A stretch of DNA of 64,000 bases. Origin: Isurus oxyrinchus (Eukaryota). The notes under the pieces are model-generated. The model searched no databases, was not told the DNA's origin, and was given only the letters and a program-made list of their open reading frames with translations. The stretch spans positions 4,774,001 through 4,838,000 of the forward strand of contig JANJGN010000038.1 of the NCBI GenBank assembly GCA_026770705.1, given 5' to 3'. The position numbers and the translations under genes are program-made. How positions within the stretch are numbered: position 1 is the first letter of the stretch; the number at the start of each line of letters is the position of its first letter. This document shows positions 25,401 to 38,860 of the stretch, one piece after another.

Positions 25401-26689
25401 TTAGCTATTATCACCGCATCGACAAACAAACAGTCCCTGCACCACCGATGCAAAGAGGCAGCAGTTGCGAACAACCTACAGGATGCATTTCAGGAACTCA
25501 CCAAGGCTTCTTAGAAATCATCTTACCAACCTACGATCTCTACTGCCTGGAAGATTAAGGGCAGGAAATAAATAAGAACACCATCGACTTCAAGCTCTCC
25601 TCCACGCCACACACCATCCAGACTTCGATCAGATCATCGCTCCTTCACTGTGGTGGAGGTTAAATCTTTGAACTTCCTCGGTAAATGCACTGTGCTGTAT
25701 GTACACCACATGGACTGCAGTGGTTCAAGAACGCGGCTCACCTTCACCTTCCGAAGGACAATTGGCGATTGGCAATAAATGTTAGCCTAGCCAGTGAAGC
25801 CTAAATTCTGGACACAAAATTTGAAAAAAACCTAGGAAAATTTATTTAGTTTGCAGAGATCGAGTCCTTGTTTATGAATGCATGTTGCCCCTGACAAGTT
25901 TTAATGAACCACGTGAACAACTTGACTGATTACCTTAAAGTTCTTGCTAGTGTGCCGCAATTAGCGCACTCAAGGCTTCTCAATGACTGTGACCATTCGT
26001 GGAATCATTTCTAACTGTTGGAGTTTTGATTCGAGTTTTACAATCGCGGGCTGCTTCAATTGGATCTTTGTTCTGTATATTACGTACCGGGTGGAGGGAC
26101 ATTTTGTTTGACTTGACCGACCAATCGCTGAGATCTCTGACTCACTTTGCTGGCCCTGGAATTCATACATTGCGTTACTCAATTGCCTGGTGAGTAGAAA
26201 CTTGGCTTGTTCTATTATCTTCAACCAATTCGTGGACAATACCACTCGTGTCGCCGTTGCATCGTGCCAACATTTTTTTTTTGTTGCTCCAATTTTGGGC
26301 TACCTGAGTCTTCCCGAATAATTTGAGATATACCCAGGTCTTTTCAGGCCCGAAAGGGAAAGCTGTGACCATTTAGCGAGTTTGCCTAAAGCACTGCGGA
26401 CAGAGAGACTGCAGATTTATTTTTGTATACTTGCTTTTCAAATAATTTCATCCATTTCGATGAATTATTGTTTCTTATAATTGGTTAATTGAGATACAAT
26501 AGTTTACATCTCAAATAAACTTTCTTCAAATATCTGGATTGGACAAATGAAACCAATATATTGGTTGAAGTAGAATCTTAAACTGAAAGGAGATACGTAT
26601 CCCCAGTGTAACCTAAAGCAGCACAATTGTATGTGTGATTTCCAAACCTCTCTGTGTTTCTCTGCATGTTTTTTCTCTCCATATCATTG

Positions 26690-27060
26690 GGATGATGGTG
26701 GCGCCGTTGCACTGTCATAAAGCTAATAATCCAGGTGTGAAGGCTAACACCTTAGAGAGGGAGGATCAAATCAAACCACGGCAGCAGATAGAGTTTAAAC
26801 TCGTTGAATGAATCAGAAATTGTGAAACTAGCCCCAGCAATAGTGACCATGGAACTATCACAGTTTGTTGTAAAAACCCATCTGGTTCACTTAACTAGCC
26901 TGGCCTACTTGTGACTCCAGTCCCACAACAATGTGGTTGACTCTTAACTGCCCTCTGAAATGGCCTAGTAAGCCACTCAGGACAAAGGTCATTAGGAATG
27001 GGCAACAAATGATGGCCTGTTCAGTGACATCCATGACATGTGAAAGCATCAAGAAGAAAT
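26690..27060 (+). mobile_element. Deu-domain SINE copy
   Basis: aaaaacccatctggttcact...ggcctacttgtgactccagtcccacaacaatgtggttgactcttaactgccctctgaaatggcctag. Confidence 0.7.
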
Positions 27061-28399
27061 AAACAATTCAAATCCCTGATTTTAATAGCACAGCCTAGTA
27101 TAGGAAGCAATCAAAATTCACATGACATTTGCTAACTAGACAAAATTCAAATTGGCATATAATTATGAAAACACTTCCACATGGGAGTCTATGTGTAATA
27201 TAACTACACTGGATGCCTGGTATTATTACTTTCAAAGATGGATCACAATTGCAACATTGAACTACTGAAATGATGTCCACTTTGAAAACGACTTCTCTAT
27301 ATGGATCATCTTAATTAAGAAGATGGCTACAACAGGTCAATAACTGAACTCATGTGTTTTGCTTCGTATGCTTTCTGATGCCTGGCGGTTAAAAACTACA
27401 TTGGCTCCAAAACTATAGGCGCAAATTTGAAAGATTGACGTTTTTATAATTACTAGCCATGGAATGCACAATGTATTATTTTTACTGCAATGATATAGTT
27501 GTATTCAAGATCACAAAGCTTTTTTCTTCAAGGCCAGGAGATCTAATTGCTCTTCGCAAAACTCAAAGAGATATCTGAACATTGTCTAAATTTAATTGTG
27601 ATTTAGCCCTTTCCGAGTTTGAGGACAAATGTTCCATCCTGTTGTGGCCAAATAGCGTGCCACATTTTACTATACATTTTGTTATTATGCCATTGGGACA
27701 GCACATGAATAGAGCTGGTGATGGAAGAGTTAGGAACATTTTCTCAACGGTTTGATTCGGCGAGTCCGACAATGTCAGACCTTCCATTGGCTAGTTTGAG
27801 GGTCAGCTGTCATGTCCCAAGATGGGAATGAGGAGAGCTTTGCAGGATCGATTGGGCTGGCTTTCCCTTTGTAGCTTCCAGCACCTGGGACAATCACGAG
27901 TGTTCCTCACACTGTTACTTTTCTTTTTTTGTTTCATGGCGGCTTGCTCGACCATTTCAGACAATGGTTAACACTTAAATACATCTCCATGGGTCTGGAA
28001 TCACATGTTCTCCAAGCAGGGGAACTAAAGCACAATCCTTGCACTAAGATGCATTAATGAAACAGAACGCAATTTTTTCCTTCTTGATAAGAATATACTT
28101 TCATGGTCATTATTCGTGATGTGTCATTTTTCTTTTTCTTTGCCTTTTTAATTTCAGTTGCATTTAGAGAACTTATTTCAACTACTTTAGCCACTGCTGT
28201 GGGATCTTAAATTATGTCGCGAATCAATAAAATGGATTTTGTGTTTTAGTCCATTAAAATAATTACTATGCTACCATGCCCCTGGACCATTTTCTCCTAA
28301 AGATTCAAAGAGAATCGGAGTCAATCAAACATGTGAAAATGAGATAGAATGACTACTTTCAGGAAAACCATTGAAAGAGAATAAAACTAAAGTCGGTAG

Positions 28400-29080
28400 A
28401 TGCAAGTTATATATAGATTACCCATGATCTAACTGAATTATAGGAAATATTAGAGCAGCTGGATGTATCCTGCTTTTCCTCTGAGTCAACATGTTCAGGA
28501 GAGGAACTCCAAGGCTATTGGGTAAATGCAAAACTAAAAACCATCCAAAAGCAATTCTTTCAGGCGACAGCGAGAGGGGATCCCGCGAATGGAGAACAGA
28601 AAGTAAAACAAAAAAAAGGAGCAATGTTTGCCAATACAGACAGTGGAATTTAATTTCAAAGGCCAGTGTTGCTGGAAGCACAATAAAACAGGCACCCAAC
28701 TGAGAGTGTTCTAATGCAATGACGATGCAAAGATCTGCAATCACTTCCATAGAATTACAATTGAAGTTGCAGCATTTGCAATGGGGAGAGACCCTGCAAC
28801 ACTTCTGTCTGTGGAATAGATTTCAATGGATTACCCAACCTGGGCAGAGACAGGACGTACTCTACAGAAGCAAACCTTGACAATACCTGGACCATAGAAA
28901 GGGATTCGTTTGCCCACCCCAGCTGGAGATTTATTGAAATGTTTCCACAAGTAATAAATCGTTCACCTGCACCATCGGCGAGGAAGCATATTGCCAGTTG
29001 TCCCATTCTTTCAAATTCAAGTGCATTCACTCAGATAATAAAATGATTAAAACGATGTTTAGGCGAGAAGAGAGTCAGTC
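28400..29080 (+). mobile_element. Highly decayed Gypsy-type pol fragment (tentative)
   Basis: Residual similarity across frameshifts to the RNaseH/integrase linker (DP..L...I..GWP...YW..R.EL...VIxP...H). Similar weak relics at about 27400-27900(-) and 52300-53600(-). Confidence 0.3.
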
Positions 29081-29174
29081 ATTCGCTTCAATTGTTGATA
29101 GGTCAGCGAATTTAGAGATTTGATTCTGCTGTTTATAATCATGACAATCACTTCATGGAAAAATTAATAAGTAG

Positions 29175-30560
29175 TCACAGAATCAAAGGATCGTACAGTG
29201 CAGAAGAGGCCCTTCGGCCCATCGAGTCTGCACTGACACGTGAGAAACACCTGACCTACCTAACTAATCCCATTGACCAGCACTTGGCCCACAACCTTGA
29301 ATGTTAGGACGTGCCAAGTATTCATCTAGACACTTTATAAAGGACGTGAGGCAAGCTGCCTCCATCACTGTCCCAGGCAGCGCATTCCAGACCGTCCCCA
29401 ATACCTGGGTAAAAAAGGTTTTCCCTCACATCCCCACGAAACCTCCTGCCCCTCACCTTGAACTTGTGTTCCCTCGTGACTGAGCCTTTGACTAAGGGGA
29501 ACAGCTGTGCCTATCCACCCCTTCAATACCCCTCACAAGCTTGTACACGTTGAACTGGCCGCTCCTCAGTCTTCTCTGTTTCGCCGAAAAAAACCCAACT
29601 CTATCCAACCATTCTTTATAACAGAAATGGTTCATCCCAGGCTGCATCCACGTGTACTTCCTCTACACCGCCCCTAGCACAATCACATCCTTCCTATCAT
29701 TTGGCGATCAAAACTGTACAGAGCGCTCCAGCTGTGGTCTCACCAAGGTTCTATACAACTCCAACATGACCCCTTTACTTTTGCAATCGTGCCTCGATTG
29801 AGAAAGGCAATTTCCCAAATGCCTTTTTCACCACCCCACTATCATGCCCCTCTGCCTTCAGAGACTTATGGACACATGCACCAAGGTCCCTTTGTTCCTC
29901 AGATCTTCCTAGTGCCATGCCGTTCATTGAATACTTCCTTGTCAAATTACTCCTTCCAAAGTATATAACCTCACGCTTTCCAGTGTTAAATTCCATCTGC
30001 CACTTATCTGCCCATTTGACCACCACGCCGATATCTTCCTCCAGCCCAAGCCTTTCAACCTCACTGTAAACCAACTGGCCAATCTTTGTGTCATCCGCAA
30101 CCTTACTATTCCTACTCCCCACATAGTCATCTATGTCATTTATATAAATAACGAATAATAGGCAACCCAGCACAGATCTCTGTGGTACACCACAGGACTC
30201 GGGTTTTCAGTCACCAAAGCAACCTTCTATCATCACATTCTGTCTCCTACAACTAAGCCAATTTATAATCCACCTTTTCAAATTACCATGTATCCCATGC
30301 GTATTTGCCTTATTTATAAGGCTGCCATGTGGGACCTTGTCAAAGGCTTTTTCTGAAATCCGTATTAACTACATCAACTGCACTACCATCATGTGCACAC
30401 CTGGTCACCTCCTCAAAAATTCAGTCAAATTTTTTAGGCATGACCTACCTCTGAAAAATCAATGCTGAATATCTCTTATCAAACCTTCTCCAAGTTAAGG
30501 TAGATTCTTTCCTTCAGAATTTTCTCCAATAGTTTCCGGACCACTGACGTGGGACTCACT
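29175..30560 (-). mobile_element. CR1/HER1 LINE, 3' part
   Basis: LLFVIYINDIDD...SKVADDTKIG...WADKWQMEFNTGK. The 3' tail shows on the plus strand as agaggcccttcggcccatcgagtctgc. Confidence 0.88.
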
Positions 30561-30589
30561 CGTTGTTTGGTAGAACAGAATGTGAGAGT

Positions 30590-30970
30590 GCTGATCAAAG
30601 ACACATGCTTTCGAAACTTTTCATCTTGGACTCCTCAGGACAATTCGCATGAGTAACAAAAAAATCAAAGGGAACAACACTTAAAACGTCGTGAGAAGGG
30701 AGTGATGATTGATGGGCGAGTGAAAATGGATTACTCGTGGCGTTGTAATAGAGAATGCGATAATGACCTGATGACTGGAAGTTAACTGTCAACCGTTGTT
30801 CACATTCAAGTCAAGTATGTTGACTCTGATTGGTCAAGACATTTCATGAGGCCATGAGCCACAGACAGACTCTCCCATCCTTTGTTCAGTTGAAATCGGC
30901 GTTACCCTTGCAAATTGTCCTGATAAGTGCAAGAGCATAAGCTTCTACAACATGTGCATTTTTCTGCTAC
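30590..30970. mobile_element. Second Penelope-associated short element with inverted hammerhead-like ends
   Basis: Inverted arms at 30600-30645 and 30912-30960. Related copies at about 3120-3350 and 23290-23560. Confidence 0.6.
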
Positions 30971-31931
30971 TTAATCCTTTAGTCAAATCCCTTATAAAGT
31001 GCAGAGCAATCGGTTTGTTTCAAATAACATCGGAAGATATAACAAATGATAATATGTACACAGCATGAATGCCTTGGATTGGATTTTCTGCTGAGAGCAA
31101 TGCTGAGTCTTGAGACTTTCGGTGTGGGTGTAAGTCACGACACGGGAAATTCCAAATAACAGCGCAAGTGTGTAGCATTTATCCACGATTGGGAAAGGGG
31201 GTCATTGCGAAGCGTAACCTACAATTCCATTCTAATTACTGTTTCTGTATCAGGATGGCAATAAACTTTTATAATGCATTGTGGATGGTGAAGATAATGT
31301 TTCCATTAAATTTGTTTTTTTTTTTGTTCTGGCCAGTTGCGATTTGTAATCATTTAAAAGGGGAGATTGTTGCCAGTGTGACTTGTACTGTATGATGACT
31401 CTGCGGATTTCGCCTCCATTGCCAAATGGAAGAGGCAAACAAAATGTTTCCTTTATCTGTGTCTGTAATACTCCAGTTCTCTCTTGCTATGTTTATGGGA
31501 AAAAGAGTTCAAGTGTGAAGCGGAGCCTGCTCAATATAGAACAATGGGTGGGGACAGTGTCCGTTTCCATTTCAGGGCGCCATCTACCATCAAGTTCCAA
31601 AACATAGGAAGGAGAGACAGCGAGGTTCCTACATTTAATAGTGAAACTTTGTTGCCAAGTTATCCATTTTTGTCGGACACTTTGTCTCCTAAATGAACGT
31701 CGAGACACCCCGAGACCTTAGGGACAGTTGGGAATGTACCTGGCCCGCTCTGGAAAGGGGACAAAAAATAAAAACTAACTGGGAAAATGCAGAGTTAGTT
31801 ACATAATTCTGAATTCACACCTCGGGCAGGAGGTAACTCTGTTTCTGCGGGTAGAAGCCATATGTAACATGTACAGCAACAGCAATGGGTGGGGTATAAT
31901 GTAGAATTCATGTTCGATTTCACTGCTTTCA

Positions 31932-32839
31932 TCATTTAAAAAAATTAACAATCAGACTCAATGGATATTTCACACCATTCTTTAACTCCTCTCTGAATTT
32001 ACTCTGGGTACCTGCCTAAATAATGAGGTTGATGCAGGAACTTAAAAGCTGCAGCATAAGTCCGCATTCCTCCAGTATAACATTTGATTGATTGAAATTC
32101 GAGCCATCGAAATAACTAACGCTGGCAATTCGTGCATAAAGGAAAGTTATAAGTGCGAGGAAATATAACAGGATGAAACTTCCGGAGATGGCAAAGAGTA
32201 AAACGATGGACTTTCTCCTCTTCTCCATCTCTGGGTCGCTTTGTTTCTCGCTCTTGCTGTGGGCTCGCAGTCTTCTGCGGGCTCGACTGGCCACAACAAT
32301 GTGCCTGACCGTCAGAACATTGAGCAGCAAAATAAGAACGAATGGGAGACAAGGGGTTAAAACGGCATTTATGCTGTCATATGCCACCCATCCGGGTGAC
32401 AAATAATATATTGGCTTTAGTTTGCAGTACCAGGGTGTATTGTCCGTGATAACAGAATGTTCACAAGCAAAGTACAAGGGTATTTTTTTAGCACAATGCA
32501 CAACGCAGACAGTTCCTATGACCACAGCTGCCGATTTCTTGGTGCAATATTTGGTTTTCAGCTTCTGACAACAAATGGCTACAAATCGATGAAAGGTGAA
32601 AGCAACTGTCACCCAGACAGAAGAATCCCTGACGCCATATATGAACACAAGACTAAGAGCAAAGGCCGGAGTGATGGAGAGGAAACTGAATGGGAAATAT
32701 GTACCTACAATCCGGTTTAACATCACAGCAAGGATCATGATCAGGAGATCCGTCACGGCCATGGACATCAGGTAGTATGTGATACATCCAATGAGACCGC
32801 ATCTTCCTCGAGACAGGATCACAATTACTGCCAAATTAG
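31932..32839 (-). pseudogene. GPCR gene 2, exon 2; probable recent pseudogene (nonsense codon in TM7)
   Basis: Acceptor ctctgtcacag. Colinear with gene 3. TAG at 32018-32016 replaces the Tyr of NPxxY (CINLII* vs CINPFIY). The frame continues AGTQSKFREELKNGVKYPLSLIVNFFK to the ancestral stop at 31934-31932. DRF is changed to HRF. Confidence 0.85.
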
Positions 32840-34230
32840 CTGTGACAGAGGAATATAACCAGTAGGTTTGCGGTGGGGACAAATGAATATAGAACAGGAA
32901 ATGTTGATAAACTCACAAATACAGCATTGGTCATGAAAAGAGAGCAATGTTCCCATTTCAGTCCTATGACTTATATGCTCCAGTGGAGAAAGAAAGACTC
33001 TTTCCAAAATGCAGCAAATTGTCAATACTGTGCTGATTTACAGGAAGAATGCAGGCTCGGCCCTATAGTGAATATTCAAATTGCTGCATTGTTACTCAGT
33101 TAAATGAAAAACGATCAAATATCCTCCTGCTTGCTGTTTAGAGAAGAACAGGCTAGGACATTGGAAACAGAAAGGTACGCAATATTAAATCGACCTAAGA
33201 ATTTGACAGAAACTGAGTAGATGGCGTTGAATGGAATTAAATACAAAGTGTTACTCTTGTGGGCATAATCCAGCAAATGAGAACAGCTAAAATGAAAAAA
33301 AAAATTCCTTTGGAAGGAAATAAAAGGTAACTAAAACTCCTGAGTTATGATGACGTGCAGTGAACACAACTGTCCTTCACAGCAGGGAGGAAATCCACAC
33401 ACATTTTAATGTCCAGTTGCTGTTAAATTGAAAGACGTCAAGCTTTAGAATCAAAATGTCCTGGATTCAAGCCCAACTTCAGCTCCCTGAGAATTCCTCT
33501 CCGCCCAGGGTGCCAGGTTTCCGCTAAGGCAAGAAACCCTGGGCCAGTCATTTAATATTCAGCACAGATTTATCAGATAAATACTGTTCATATTCCAGCA
33601 AAATGTTAAAGGGAAAAGAATGAGATAATGCATAATACAAATACAATTCCTCTGTAATAATTCACCCACGGTGACAATGCCGTTGAAACAATAGAAAAAC
33701 CTTTCCTCAGTGGTAACAGCGTTATACATTACGCTTTTTGAAAAATACCAAGAATAAAATAAAAGAACATCTAAAACCTCGAACGGTGGCAGTTAACAGA
33801 TGAAAGTGTCCAATTAAACTGACTAAATGTTACTAGCTCAGGGAAGATAGTGCATTGTTACTGCTGAATTATTATTCTTGCATTGGGGAGAAACTATGTT
33901 CAAGGGAAGAAATGACACAGTCAAACTTGAGCGACTCGGCATGTGATGACGACTAATCATGTCAGTAAAAGAAAACAATTGTGTTGATAAAATGGAGAAT
34001 TAAATTAAGCATTTCCCTTGAAGTGGAAAAAAGTCACATTGTCGAGGGTGATAAAGTGGGACGATGTCGCCGTAATGTTGATAGATTGTTCTGTTTAATG
34101 GGAGAACGAATATCGTACCATGTAGAAGCAAAGCTCCTAAATACGAACAATGATTCACTAAAATGAAAGCAAACCAAAGAGAAGTGATTAAACAATGATT
34201 TCAATAACATAGCAAACCAAAATACTTAAC

Positions 34231-34300
34231 CTGGAATCCCGATCGCTGCAATGACGGGATAATATATGATGAAAATAAGACCTTTTGGCAATCCGTGCAT
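34231..34300 (-). pseudogene. GPCR gene 2, exon 1
   Basis: MHGLPKGLIFIIYYPVIAAIGIP + G, donor GTTAAG. Same 70-nt length as exon 1 of gene 3. Confidence 0.85.
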
Positions 34301-34350
34301 TTCTGTCACCAGCTGCGAGTGTGTTCTGCACCACAACTAAAGACAGTCAC

Positions 34351-34447
34351 AGATATATCTCAAGCCAGCCTCCAGGGAGACAATTAGACGCTTTGATCTT
34401 TTGCAATAATTACGCTAATTGAAACAAAGATGCTCGTGCTGCAGCTG
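34351..34447 (-). promoter_or_regulatory. Proximal promoter of GPCR gene 2
   Basis: In transcription order: E-box CAGCTG, homeodomain sites CAATTA/TAATTA/TAATTG, O/E(EBF)-like TCCCTGGAGG (34378-34369), TATA-like GATATAT. Alignable to the gene 3 promoter. Confidence 0.55.
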
Positions 34448-34829
34448 ACAGGAAATTATTTTTATTTTGACGGAGTAGAAGGCTCTTCAAGCTCACTGAC
34501 ATTGTTCTGGAGGAACATCCTCACAAAGTGCCCTTCTGTCTTCCACATTAACACAAACCTACATTGATGTTTCTTTATCATCTGTCCTTTACCACAACCG
34601 TTTCCCGCCGCTATAGTGAAAACAAGAACTCTTCCATTGCTACCTACTCCCCAACTTCGATGTAAAGTCATGGATCTGAACCTTTTACCGTTTTCTCTGC
34701 ACAGATGCTGAACGGTCTATTGCGTATTTCCAGCATTTGCTGTCTCATTCTGTTCGCATTTGGTATGGAAATGTTCAACTCATCACCTTTACTTAGCTTT
34801 CAAGTACTCAAATCTTCTTCACGGCTTCT

Positions 34830-36296
34830 TGCAGTGTGGATTATTCCATATCAGTTAAATTCATTGCAGACATGTCAAATCCAGTTGTAGTGATTGTGCA
34901 TAGCTGTGTAGCTGTGAACGGCTACGTTTTACTTGGTCAGATGCAGTCAAGCGCTTATGCGTTAATTCTGCATAATTATAGAGAGTACGCTTAAACTCCG
35001 TAAACGGAGGTCCAGTTGAGCACGATTCTAGTTAATGTGGACCGTTCCAGTTCGGTATGGTTATGTGATGTGTCGAGGCTCCATTTCTGCCACGTTACAT
35101 TAATTCATGACGGATAAGGAAGGGTAAATGTGCACGTCCTTTTCCCGTAAATCGCTTTCCGTGGCGCCAGGCGAGATTATGCACGGCTGCACTAAGTCTG
35201 CAAAGGCCCAGTTCAGTCATCTTGCAATGAATATGGACAGGCCCCATTTTAACTGCTATCTTCAATGCGCACATGTGAAGCAGTGTTATAAATCTTGTGC
35301 AGATAGTTAATTCCTCATGCTTTCTTCAGTGTGCGGAAAAAATTATCCACCGAAATATTGAAAATAGGAGTAGGATTACTCCTTCGAGCCCTTCGAGCTT
35401 GCTCCGCCATTCAGTTTGATGATGGCTGTTCCTCTATCTCAACGCCTTAGTCAGGCATTCTCCCCATACCCCTTGATGCATTCGAAGGCTAGAAGTCTAT
35501 TTATTTACTTCTTAAATATATCCAGTGACTTGACCTCCACAGCTTTCTGTGCTAGAGAATTCCGCAGGTTCGCCACCTTCTGATTGAAGACGTTTCTCGT
35601 CATTTCAGTCCTAAATGGTCTACCCCGTATCCTGAGTCTGTGACCCCTTGTTCTAGACGCCCGAGCCAGAGGAAATATCATCCCTGCACCAGCCTGTACA
35701 TCCCTGTCAGAGTTTCATATGTTTCAATGCGATCGCCTCTCATTCTTCTGAGCTCCAATAAATAAAGGACTAGCCGGCCCAATCTCTCCTCATAGACAAT
35801 TCTACCAGCCCAGACATCAGCGTGGCGGACCTTTGCTGAACTCCCTCTACAGCAAATATATCCTTTCTTAGGTAAGGAGACCAGAACTGCACACTCTACT
35901 CCAGGTGTGATCTCACAATGACCATGCACAGCTGCAGTAAGACATCGTTGCTGCTGCTCTCAAATCCTATCGCAATAAAGGTCAACGTACCATTTACGTC
36001 CTTAACTGCTTGCTGCACCTGCATGCCTGGTTTCAGTGATTGCTGCGTAAGGGCATCTCGGTCCCTTTGCACATCAACGTTTCCAAATGTATCACCAGTT
36101 AAATAATATTCTGCCAATCTGCTTTTCCTGCCATAGTAGATAACCTCACACTTATTTTCCCAATCACTCAACCTGCGTAAGTCGCCTTGAAGCGTCTGAA
36201 CACTTGCCTCATCGCTCACATCCTCACCAAGTTTCGTGTCATCAAAAATTGGAAATATTGCCTGTTGTTGCGTCATGCAAATCATTGATATATCTA

Positions 36297-36347
<51 letters not shown>

Positions 36348-38460
36348 CATATATTTATATATATTGTAAATAGCTCGGGCCAAAGCACTGATCCCTGCTA
36401 GTCCACTCGTCACCGCCTGCCACGCCAAAGAAGACCCACTTATTCCTGCTTTCTTCCCTGTCTTTAATTTTGCACGCTAACCTTTTATGTGGGTCTTTGT
36501 CAAAGGCTTTCTGATATTCCAAATACATCACAGCCACTGGTTCTTTCTTATCTTTATTGCAGGTTACGTCCTTAAAAACTCCAGTAGGTTTGTTAAACAT
36601 GAGTTCCCCTGATGGATACATGTTGACTTTGTCTCATCCCATTTATATTTTTAAAATGTCCTGTTATCACATACTGTACAATAGACTCTAGCATTTTCTC
36701 TACTATTGAGGTTCGGCTGACTGGTCTGTAATTCACTGTTTTCTCCCTCACTCTTTTTTAAAATAGCGGGGTTATATTTAACACCTTGCATTCTGCCGGC
36801 ACTGTTGCAGAATCTACATAATTTTGGAAGATGACAACCACTACACTCACTATTTACATGGCCACCTCCTTTAGTACCCCAAGATGTATATTATCAGGCC
36901 TTGGGGATTGATTGGCTTTCAGTCCGATTAATTTCTCCAGCCCAATTGTGTTTGTAACATTAATTTCGTTGAATTCTTCCTTCTCAATAGACCCGACGTT
37001 CCTTCCTATTTCTGTGAAGCTATTTATGTCTCCCTAAGTGAAGACAGAGCTAAAGTAACTGTTCTATTATAAATTCTCCCGTTTCAGACTGTGAGGTTTT
37101 TTAATAAAAATATTTATAGATGCTTTTAATGACCGCTTTTATGTTACTTGCAAGTTTACCCTCATCCAATATTTTCCCCCCTTATTCGAACTCTTGGTCG
37201 TCCTTTGCTGAGTTCTAAACTGTTCCCAATCCTTAGGCTTGTTAATTTTTCTAGCAACTTCACAGGACTCCTCTTTGGATCTAAAGCTATCCTTAATTTA
37301 TTTTGTTACCCATGGTGGGGCCGTTTTTCCTGTCCTGTTCTTTTGGGCCAGAAAATAAAGTATAACTTTTGAAATGTATGCACACTTTCGTTAATCATTG
37401 GACGTTGTCTACACACCATCTTTCCTTTTAATAAAGTACTCCAATCGATCTTAGCCAACTCAAATCTCCTACCTTTGTCGATTCCTTTGTTAGATTTAGC
37501 ACCCTCGTTTCAGACCAGACTACTTCACTTCCCATTCTAATGAAGAATTCTATCATGTTGGTCACTGTTCCCCAAAGGACCCAACACAACAAGATTATGA
37601 TTTAAGTGCTTCTCATTTCACTATACCAAATCTAGGATAGCCTGATCCCCAGTCTGTTCCTCAACATACGAGTCTGAAAAAAAAACATTTCGTACTCATG
37701 ACAGGAATCCATTCGCCATTGTAATTGCTAATTTGGTTTGGACACTCTATATGTAGCTAAAAGTCATCCATGATTTCTGGAACACCATTGTTACATGCAC
37801 ATCCAAATTCCTATTTTATGCCGTCCCCTATGTCGACACTGCTGTCTGGAGGTCTACAGATAAGTGATCTTTTCCACTCATTGTTGCTTCTTAGCTCCAC
37901 CCAGGTTGCATCTACATCTAGATTTTCTAAGCCAATATCCCTCTCTCACTCTCGCACTGATTTCATCGACATGGTTTCCTTCAAGTGTGAAATGCTCAAT
38001 TTATGTATCTTTGTTTTCCACAAAGACGGGGCCTGCTGGTCCATAATGAGTGTGAAATGACTCAGGTCTGCACAGTAATTCTCAACGTCCACATCTCATT
38101 TCTCGACACCGGTGTTCAAAGAGGACTGGGTCAGTTATACACTGTTACTTCTGGCGTGGGCTGCTCCAGTTCAACCTCATTAGATTCAATGTTAAAAATC
38201 CCAAATCATCAGTATTGCAAGCAATGAGACCTCCTTAAAATCATCGTAGTTAGGTTTAGTGTGCACATTGCCTCTTCAGTACGGTTACATTCAGTGTGTG
38301 CAGGTCCAGTTGTGAGCAATATCTACTATTCTGGACTGGTCTTTTTCAGCAGTATTATATGTTTATCGTGACAATGAACAGTATTTTGGGATTCTAATCT
38401 GTATCAAGAGATCCAGGTGTGCAGAATGTATTCAGTAAGGATACAGCAGAATGTTACCAA
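34830..38460 (-). repeat. Inverted copy of the 35-bp degenerate array upstream of gene 2, split by a CR1 insertion (array at about 34830-35340 and 38050-38460)
   Basis: The reverse complement of 38281-38317 reads gctcacaactggacctgcacacactgaatgtaaccgt, matching the consensus. Confidence 0.55.
35360..38040 (-). mobile_element. CR1/HER1 LINE, about 2.7 kb, with internal (TA)n at about 36290-36365
   Basis: YLEYQKAFDKDPHKRL; FDDTKLG...LQGDLRRLSDW; LELRRMRGDRIETY. The 3' tail ends near 35370. Confidence 0.88.
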
Positions 38461-38539
38461 TTCCAGGATGAGGACGTCAAACAACTTCCCCTTGGAATTT
38501 AATGTAATTGCGATAGTCGAACCCCCTATGTCAACATTT

Positions 38540-38860
38540 GGGGCAGCGTGATAGGGTGATCCAGAGGCCGAGGCACATAACTTTGTGACATCGTTTTAAA
38601 TCATAACATGGCAGCTAATTCATTTAACGCGACTAGATTATCAAGCTCGTCTCAGTAACTGTGCCCACAAAAAACGGTCATCGATTGTTACAAACACCCA
38701 TCTGCTTCACTACAGTCCTTTAGGGAAGACAATGTGCCGTCCTTACCCGATCTGGCCTACATGTGGCTGCAGACCCACAGTAAAATGTCTGCCTCTTAAC
38801 TGCGCTCAAATTGATAACAAATATGGCCTTCTGCGCGATGCCCACATCCCATGGGGCAAA
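38540..38860 (+). mobile_element. Deu-domain SINE copy
   Basis: cccatctgcttcactacagtcctttagggaag...ccgtccttacccgatctggcctacatgtggctgcagacccacag. Confidence 0.65.

Noticed and set aside
28940-29000. NKSFTCTIGEEA, similar to an Ig C-domain F strand
   Set aside because: Stop codon just upstream and no B-strand Cys or Trp pattern. The region fits decayed retroelement pol better.
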